From contig NC_091999.1 of assembly GCF_044704955.1 (NCBI RefSeq), forward strand, positions 23,002,001 to 23,062,886: a stretch of 60,886 nucleotides of DNA. Reading direction: 5' to 3'. Below the pieces are notes generated by a model. The model was not told the DNA's origin and did no database searches. It worked only from the letters and a program-made list of their open reading frames with translations. This document shows, piece by piece, positions 51,901-60,886 of the stretch; the stretch's first letter is position 1, and every line of letters starts with the position of its first letter. Made by a program: the position numbers and the translations under genes. Source of the stretch: Pristiophorus japonicus (Eukaryota).

Positions 51901-52904
51901 GTAGACAGATAGATAGAAAGATAGATAGATATGTACAGAGATAGACAGATCGATAGATAGATANNNNNNNNNNNNNNNNNNNNNNNNNNNNNNNNNNNNN
52001 NNNNNNNNNNNNNNNNNNNNNNNNNNNNNNNNNNNNNNNNNNNNNNNNNNNNNNNNNNNNNNNNNNNNNNNNNNNNNNNNNNNNNNNNNNNNNNNNNNNN
52101 NNNNNNNNNTATATGTACAAGCATATAGAGAGAGTTGTTGATATAAATTAAGATAGATAGAGCAATATGTAGATTATTGGGCAGACTGATAGATAGAAAG
52201 GTATTGATGCAATAAACAATTTGGTAGATTGACAAAAGTCCTTTTGATGCCAAGGAGTAGATCAAGGATGTTTACAGAAGGATAGCGAATTATTTTGAAT
52301 AAAAGCTAATCTCTGTTTTCCGTTCTGATTAAGAATGTGGAAAATGCTTAGTGTCATCATCAGGGTATAGAAATCATATTGTGTGCTGAAACATGATCTA
52401 CTGCACAATGGCAGTGAGAACTAGTCATACACTAATATTGTGGGAGGAAGTCAGGAGATATAAATCTCAGTATGTACTGACACATGATTTACTGCACGGT
52501 GGTTATGGGAGCAAGCATGTACAAATGTAGTGTGAGGAAGTCACAGATGAAAATATCAGTATCGACTGACACCAGATCTAAGATGAACACTGTCACTATT
52601 TAATAACATAGCTCAGGAACATTGGCCTACCCAGTCCAACAATATGGGAGAACAGCTGTATCCCGTCTATCTGTGTCTGAATTTGAAACCAGATCCAAAT
52701 AAAGGTACTGAACTACTGACACGTCCTGTCCACCATTACATAGAACAGTCCCTCAACCCTTGTCAGCGTTTACATTTCACCTCAAGTTCTGGGGTTGAGT
52801 AAAACACTCATTTCACCAATGCTTGTATACTATTGAGATTCACATCAGAAATCGTATCCAATTCGGGCGGGTGGAGGAAAATGGACAGCTAGATTGATAG
52901 TTAA

Positions 52905-54250
52905 ACATACTCTCTGCATCTACCTTGTCGAACACCCTCAGTAACTTATATGTTTCAATGTGATCACTTCTCATTCTTCCAATCCCCAATATGTATAGAT
53001 CAAACCTGATCAACCTATTTTCATAAGCCCCCACTTTTATCACAGGATTCAAACTAGTGAACCTTTTCTGAACTGCCTCCAAAACCAGGATATCCATCCT
53101 TAAATAAGGAGACCAAAACTGTATGCAGTACTGTTGGTGTGCTCAAACCAATAACCTCTACAGTGTAGCAGGATTTCCCTGTGTTTAACTCCCATCCTCT
53201 TTGCAATAAAGACCAACATTCAATTTGCCTTCCTGATTACTTGCTGTACTTAAATACTAACTTTTGTATTTAATGCTCAAGACGTCAGGCCCCTCTGTCC
53301 TACTGCATTTTGTAATCCATCTCCATTAAAATATTAAATTGCTTTTTTATTGTTCGTGCCAAAGTGGATAAGCTCACAATTTCGCAATTTATGCACCATC
53401 TATCAAATGTTTTCCCACTCACTTAGCCTGTCTATATCCCTTTGCAGATTATTTGTGCCCTCCTCACAACATGCTTTCCCACGCATTTTTGTATCATCAG
53501 CAAACTTGGCTAAATTATATTCGGTCCCTTCATCCAACTCATTAATATAGAGTGTAAATAGTTATAGGCCATCGCACCGATAACTGTGGCATCCCAATAG
53601 TTACCGTTTGCCCCCCGTAAAATGACCCGTTTATTCCAACTCTTTGTTTTCTTTAGTTAGCCAAACCTCTGTCTATGCCAATATATTACCACCGACCCCC
53701 TGAGCTTGTATCCTGTGCAGTAACCTTTTTTGTGGCAACTTATCGAATGCCTTCTGGACATCCAAATACAGCACATACACTCGTACCCCCTTACCACCCT
53801 GATAATTACATCCTCAAAGAACTCAAGAAAATTTGGGAAACATGATTTAATTTCAAAAAAGCATGCTGACTCTGCTTGAATGTACCATGCGTTTCCATGT
53901 AATGTAATGCTTCTTCTTCCTTTCTAAAGTAATCTTGCATTTTCCCAAAGACAGATGTTATGCTAACCTGTGTACAATTTCCTGCTTTCTGTCGTCTTAC
54001 TTTTTTAAATAGGACCGTTATATTTGCGATTTACCAAACTGTTGGGATCTCTCCAAAATCCAGGGAATGTTGCTAAATTGCAACCAATCCATTCAATATC
54101 TCTGCAGCTACTTCTTTTAAGACACGAGGATGCAGACCATCAATTCCAGGCGATTTATCCAACTTTAGTCCCATTATTTTACCCTATAATCTTTCTTTAG
54201 TGAAACTGATTGTTTTAAGTTTCCTCCTCACTATAGCTACTTTATTGTCG
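52905..54250 (-). mobile_element. Old CR1 fragment (copy 1 of the tandem duplication)
   Basis: Degenerate RT on the minus strand; it continues at 57384-57440 after the inserted young CR1. Confidence 0.85.
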
Positions 54251-57200
54251 TACCTGGGCAGAACCGGAACCAATGTTCCACGGGGAGTGTTTGCTCGTGC
54301 TGTTGGGGAGGAGATAAACGAATATGGCAGGGGGATGAGAACCAATGCAGGGAGACAGAGGGAAACAAAAAGGAGACAAAAGCAAAAGACTGAAAGGAGA
54401 TGAGGAAAAGTGGAGGGCAAAGAAACCCAAGGCAAAGAACAAAAAGGGCCACTGTACAGCAAAATTCTAAAAGGACAAAGGGTGTTAAAAAAGCAAGCCT
54501 GGAGGCTTTGTGTCTTAATGTAAGGAGTATCCGTAATAAGCTGGATGAATTAACTGTGCAAATAGTTCTTAACAAATATGGTGTGATTGGGATTACAGAG
54601 TCGTGGCTCCAGGATGATCAGAGCTGGGAACTCAACATCCAGGGGTATTCAATATTCAGGAAGGATTGAATAAAAGGAAAAGGAGGTGGGGTAGCATTGC
54701 TGGTTAAGGAGGAGTTTAATGCAATAGTTAGGAAGGACATTAGATGGATGATGTAGAATCTATATGGGCAGAGCTGCAGAACACCAAAGAGCAAAAAACG
54801 TTAGTGGGAGTTGTGTACAGACCTCACAACAGAATAGTGATGTCGGGGAGGGCATCCAACAGGAAATTAGGGGTGCATGCAAAAAAGGTGCAGCAGTTAT
54901 AATGGATGACTTTAATATGCACATAGATTGGGCGAACCAAACTTGAAGCAATACGGTGGAGGAGGATTTCCTGGGGTGCATAAGGGACGGTTTTCGATAC
55001 CAATATGTCGATGAACCAACTAGGGGGGAGGCCATCTTAGGCTGGGTGTTGTGTAATGAGAGAAGAGTAATTAGCAATCTCGTTGTGCGAGGCCCCTTGG
55101 GGAAGAGTGACCATAATATGGTGGAATTCTGCATTAGGATGCAGAATGAAACAGTTAATTCAGAGACCATGGTCCAGAACTTAAAGAAGGCTAACTTTGA
55201 AGTTATGAGGCGTGAATTGGCTAGGATAGATTGGCGAATGAGACTTAAGGGGTTGACTGTGGATGGGCAATGGCAGACATTTAGAGACCGCATGGATGAA
55301 CTACAACAATTGTACATTCCTGTCTGGCGTAAAAATAAAAAAGAGAAGGTGGCTCAACCGTGGCTATCAAGGGAAATCAGGGATAGTATTAAATCCAAGG
55401 AAGTGGCATACAAATTGGCCAGAAATAGCAGCGAACCCGGGGACTGGGAGAAATTTAGAACTCAGCAGAGGAGGACAAAGGGTTTGAGTAGGGCAAGGAA
55501 AATCGAGTACGAGAAGAAACTTGCAGAGAACATTAAGACGGATTGCAAAAGTTTCTATAGATATGTAAAGAGAAAAAGGTTAATAAAGACAAAGGTAGGT
55601 CCCCTGCAGTCAGAATCAGGGGAAGTCATAACGGGGAACAAAGAAATGGCGGACCAATTGAACAAGTACTTTGGTTCGGTATTCACTAAGGATGACACAA
55701 ACATCCTTCCGGATATAAAAGGGGTCAGAGGGTCTAGTAAGGAGGAGGAACTGAGGGAAATCCTTATTAGTCGGGAAATTGTGTTGGGGAAATTGATGGG
55801 ATTGAAGGCCGATAAATCCCCAGGGCCTGATGGAATGCATCCCAGAGTACTTAAGGAGGTGGCGTTGGAAATAGCGGATGCATTGACAGTCATTTTCCAA
55901 CATTCCATTGACTCTGGATCAGTTCCTATCGAGTGGAGGGTAGCCAATGTAACCCCACTTTTTAAAAAAGTAGGGAGAGAGACAAGAGAGAATTATAGAC
56001 CAATCAGCCTGACATCGGTAGTGGGTAAAATGATGGAAACAATCATTAAGGATGTCATAGCAGTGCATTTGGAAAGATTGACATGATAGGTCCAAGTCAG
56101 CATGGATTTGTGAAATGGATATCATGCTTGACAAATCTTCTGGAATTATTTGCGGATGTTTCCAGTAGAGTGGACAAGGGAGAACCAGTTGATGTGGTAT
56201 ATTTCGACTTTCAGAAGGCTTTCGACAAGGTCCCACACAAGAGATTAATGTGCAAAGTTAAAGCACATGGGATTGAGGGTAGTGTGCTGACATGGATTGA
56301 GAACTGGTTGTCAGACAGGAAGCAAAGTGTAGGAGTAAATGGGTACTTTTCAGAATGGCAGGCATTGACTAGTGGGGTACCACAAGGTTCTGTGCTGGGG
56401 CCCCAGCTGTTTACACTGTACCTTAATGATTTAGACGAGGGGATTAACTGTAGTATCTCCAACTTTGCGGATGACACTAAGTTGGGTGGCAGTGTGAGCT
56501 GCGAGGAGCATTCTATGAGGCTGCCGAGCGACTTTGATCGGTTAGGTGAGTGGGCAAATGCATGCAGATGAAGTATAATGTGGATAAATGTGAGGTTATC
56601 CACTTTGGTTGTAAAAACAGAGAGACAGACTATTATCTGAATGGTGACAGATTAGGAAAAGGGGCGGTGCAACGAGACCTGGGTGTCATGGTACATCAGT
56701 CATTGAAGGTTAGCATGCAGGTACAGCAGGCGGTTAAGAAAGCAAATGGCATGTTGGTCTTCATAGCGGGCGGATTTGAGTACAGGGGCAGGGAGGTGTT
56801 GGTACAATTGTACAGGGCCTTGGTGAGGCCACACCTGGAGTATTGTGTAGAGTTTCGGTCTCCTAACCTGAGGAAGGATACTCTTGCTATTGAGTGAGTG
56901 CGGCGATTCCCGGGATGGTGGGACTGACCTATCAAGAAAGACTGGATCAACTAGGCTTGTATTCACTGGAGTTCAGAAGAATGACAGGGGACCTCATAGA
57001 AACTTTTAAAATTTTGATGGGTTTAGACAGGTTAGATGCACGGAGAATGTTCCCAATGTTGGGGTAGTACAGAACCAGGGAACACAGTCTGAGGATAAGG
57101 GGTAAGCCATTTAGGACCGAAATGAGGAGAAACCTCTTCACCCAGAGACTAGTGAACCTGTGGAATTCTCTACCACAGAATGTTGTTGAGGCCAATTCAC

Positions 57201-57383
57201 TAAATATATTCAAAAAGGAGTTAGATGAAGTCCTTACTACTAGGGGGATCAAGGGGTATGGCGAGAAAGCAGGAATGGGGTTCTGAAGTTGCATGTTGAG
57301 CCATGAACTCATTGAATGGCGGTGCAGGCTAGAAGGGCCGAATGTCCTAATCCTGCACCTATTTTCTATGTTTCTATGTTTCT
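54251..57383 (+). mobile_element. Young CR1 LINE with the end of ORF1 and a complete but frameshifted ORF2
   Basis: LGRTGTNV (ORF1 end), GITESWL and GKSDHN (endonuclease), a 376-aa frame, GVPQGSVLGP and FADDTK; (TTTCTATG)n tail. Confidence 0.96.
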
Positions 57384-57439
57384 ATATTGGGATGTTTTTA
57401 GTATCGTGTACCGTGAAGACTGATAACAAATATTTGTTC

Positions 57440-59880
57440 ATACATAGATAGAGAGATAGATAGATGGATAGGTAGATATGTACATATAAAGGTAGATAGA
57501 TGGATAGATGGAGAAAAAGAGCGAGANNNNNNNNNNNNNNNNNNNNNNNNNNNNNNNNNNNNNNNNNNNNNNNNNNNNNNNNNNNNNNNNNNNNNNNNNN
57601 NNNNNNNNNNNNNNNNNNNNNNNNNNNNNNNNNNNNNNNNNNNNNNNNNNNNNNNNNNNNNNNNNNNNNNNNNNNNNNNNNNNNNNNATATATGTCCAAA
57701 ATTATAGAGAGGGTTGTTAATATAAATTAGGATAGATATTGCAATATGTAGATTATTGGACAGACTGATAGATAGAAAGGTATCGATGCAATAAATAATT
57801 TGGAAGAGTGACAAATGTCATGTTGAATCCCAAGGAGTAGAATAAGAATGTGAACAGATGGATAGTGAATTATTTTGAATAAAACCCTATCTCTATTTGA
57901 AGTTCGGATTAAGAATGTGTAAAATGCTTAGTGTCATCATCAGGGTATGGACATCTTATTGTGTGCTGACACCTGATCTACTGCACAATGGCAATGAGAA
58001 CTAGTCATACACTAATACTGTGGGAGGAAGTCAGGAGATATAAATCTCAGTATGTACTGACACATGATTTACTGCACGGTGGTTATGGGGAGTGGTCATG
58101 TACAAATGTAGTGTGAGGAAGTCACAGATGAAAATATCTGTGTCGACTGACACTGGATCTAATATGAACACGTGTTACTCTGAAATAACAAAGTCCAGGA
58201 ACATTGCCATAACCAGTCCCCCAATAGAAGGAGGACAACTATATCCCGTCTATCTGTGTATGAATTTGATCCCGTCTCCAAACGAAAGTCACTGAGCTAC
58301 TGACAAATCCTATCCACCATTAGATAGAAAAGTCCTTCATCCCCTTGTCAGTGTTTGGATTTCACCTCAAGTTCCAGGGGTGAATCAAACACTCATCCCA
58401 CCAATGCTTGTATACTATTGAGTATCACATCATAATTCGCATCCAATTGGGGTGGCAGAGGAAAATGGAGAGGTAGATAGATAGTTAAGCATGCTCTCTG
58501 CATCTAACTTGTCGAACACCGTCTGCAACTTATATGTTTCAACGTGTTCACATCTCATTCTTCTAATCCTCAATGTGTATAGATCCAACCTGCTCCACCT
58601 TTTTTCATAAGTCACCACATTTATCTCAGGATTCAAACTCGTGAAACTTTTCTGAACTCCATCCAATGCCAGTATATCCCTCCTTAAATAAGGAGACCAA
58701 AACTGTACGGAGTGTTGTTGGTGTGGTCACACCAATATCCTGTACAGTTGTAGCAGGACTTTCCTACGTTTATATTCCATCCCCATTGCAATAAAGGCCA
58801 ACATTCAACTTGCCTTCCTGATTACTTGCCTTACATTCATACTAACGTTTGTCTTTCATGCTCAAGACTTCAGGGCCCGCTGTACTGCTGCATTTTGTAA
58901 TCCATCTCTATTAAAATATTAAATAGTTGTTTTGTTGTTCCTGCCAAAGTGCTTAACCTCACACTTTCCCATATTATGCACAATCTGCCCAATATTTTCC
59001 CACTCACTTAGACTGTCTATATCCCTTTGCAGATTCTCTGTGTCCTCCTCACCACATGCTTTCCCACCCACCTTTGCATAATCAACAAACTTGGCCACAT
59101 TGCACTCCATTCATTCATTCATGTCATTAATATAGATTGCAAATAGTTGAGGCCATAGCACCGATAACTGTGGCACCCCATTAGTTACCGTTGCCCACCG
59201 TAAAATGACCTGTTTATCCCGACTCTCTGTTTTCTGTTAGTTAGCTAATCCTCTATCCATGCCAATATAGTACCACCGACCCCCTGAGCTTGTCTCCTGT
59301 GCAGTAACCTTTTATGTGGCACCTGATCGAATGCCTTCTGGAAATCCAAATCAGCACAGCCACTCGTCCCCCCTGATAGTTACATTCTCAAAGAACTCAA
59401 GATTTTTGCCAAACATGATTTACTTCTCAAATAAATCATGCTGACTCTGCTTGAATGAATTACGCTTTTCCAAATGCAATGCTCCTACTTCCTTACTAAA
59501 GGACTCTGGCATTTTCCCAACGATAGATGTTAGGCTAACTTGTGTCTAATTTCCTGCTTTCCGTCATCTTACTTTTTGAAAATAGGACAGTTATATTTGC
59601 GATTTTTCTATCCGTTGGGATCTCTCCAGAATCTAGGGAATTTTGGTAAATTGCAAACAATGCATCCAATATCTCTGCAGCCACTTCTTTTATGACCTGA
59701 GGATGCGGATCATGAGTTCCAGGCGACTTGTCCAACTTTAGTTCCATTATTTTACCCAATACATTTTCTTTAGTGAAAGTGATTGTTTTAAGTTTCCTCC
59801 TCCCTATAGTCACTTTATTGTCTGTTATTGGGATGTGTTTAGTGTCTTGTACTGTGAAGATCGAAACCAAATGTTTGTTC
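57440..59880. repeat. Copy 2 of the ~2.4-kb tandem duplication unit (GATA microsatellite, unique block, minus-strand CR1)
   Basis: 57688-59880 is collinear with 52110-54250 plus 57384-57440. Confidence 0.9.
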
Positions 59881-59899
59881 ACGGAGAGATAGAGAAACA

Positions 59900-60886
59900 G
59901 GTCCCTCTGTACTGCTGCATTTTGTCGTCCTTCTCTATTAAAATATTAAATTGTTTTTTATGGTTCATGCCAAAGTGGACAACCTCACTTTTTCGCACAT
60001 TATGCACCATCTGCAAAATATTTTCCCACTCACTTATCCCGTTGTATATTCGTTGTGTCCTCCTCACAACATGCTTTCCCGCCCATGTTTGTATAATCAG
60101 CAAACTTGGCGACATTAAACACGGTTCCTTCATCCAAATCGTTAATCTTCATTGTAAATAGTTGAGGCCATAGCACTGATCACTGTAGCATCCCATGAAT
60201 TACGGTTGTCCCAACGTAAAATGACCCGTTTATCCCGACTCTCTATTTTCTGTTAGTTAGCCAATCCTCTATCCATGCCAATATATTATCACCGACCCCC
60301 TGAGCTTGTATCGTGTGCAGTAACCTTTATGTGGCACCTGATCGAATGCCTTCTGAAGATCAAAATACACCACATCCACTCATTCCCTCTTATCCACCGT
60401 GATTGTTACATCCTAAAATAACTCCAGAATATTTGTCAAACATGATTTACTTTACAAAAATCATGCTGACTCTGCTTGAATGTATTATGCTTTTGCAAAT
60501 GCAATGCTACTACTTCCTTACTAAAGGATTCGAGCATTTTCCCCACGACAAATGCTAGGCTAACTAGTGTATAATATTCCTTTTTTCTGTCGTCTTCTTT
60601 TTTTAAAAAGCACCTGTATATTTGCGATTTTCCAATCCATTGAGATATCTCCAGAATCCAGCGAATGTTGGTAGATTGCAAACAATGCATCCAATATCTC
60701 TGCAGCCACTTATTTTAAGACCCGAGGATGCGGACCATCAGTTCCAGGCGACTTGTGAAAATGTAGTCCCATTATGCTAACCAATATTTTTTCTTTAGTG
60801 AAATGTTGTAAGTTTCCTCCTTCCCATTTCCACTTTGTTGTCTATTATTGGGCTGTTTTTAGTGCCGTGTACCGTGAAGGCCGAGA
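59900..60886 (-). mobile_element. Third copy of the same old CR1 fragment
   Basis: Collinear with 58875-59870 and 53290-54250. Confidence 0.85.

Overview
This is repeat-rich vertebrate DNA, almost certainly from a cartilaginous fish (shark): the Ig exons closely resemble shark IgM, and the repeats are CR1, Penelope and Deu-SINE types. The core is an antigen-receptor region. It holds a degenerate IgM heavy-chain constant gene on the minus strand, with CH2, CH3, CH4 plus secretory tail, TM1 and TM2 exons at about 39.7-50.7 kb. Directly downstream of it lie three T-cell-receptor alpha/delta-type V pseudogene segments, each with a 23-bp-spacer RSS (two on minus, one inverted on plus). A shark-type GPR139-like GPCR exon with a single premature stop lies at 14.8-15.7 kb. 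The rest is transposable elements, minisatellites, CT- and GATA-rich satellites, assembly gaps and a local ~2.4-kb tandem duplication. The elements are CR1 LINEs of several ages, a complete but decayed Gypsy LTR element in the IgM CH2-CH3 intron, Vingi, RTE, Penelope, PIF/Harbinger-like remnants and SINEs. All family assignments come from my own translation and motif recognition; no database search was run.
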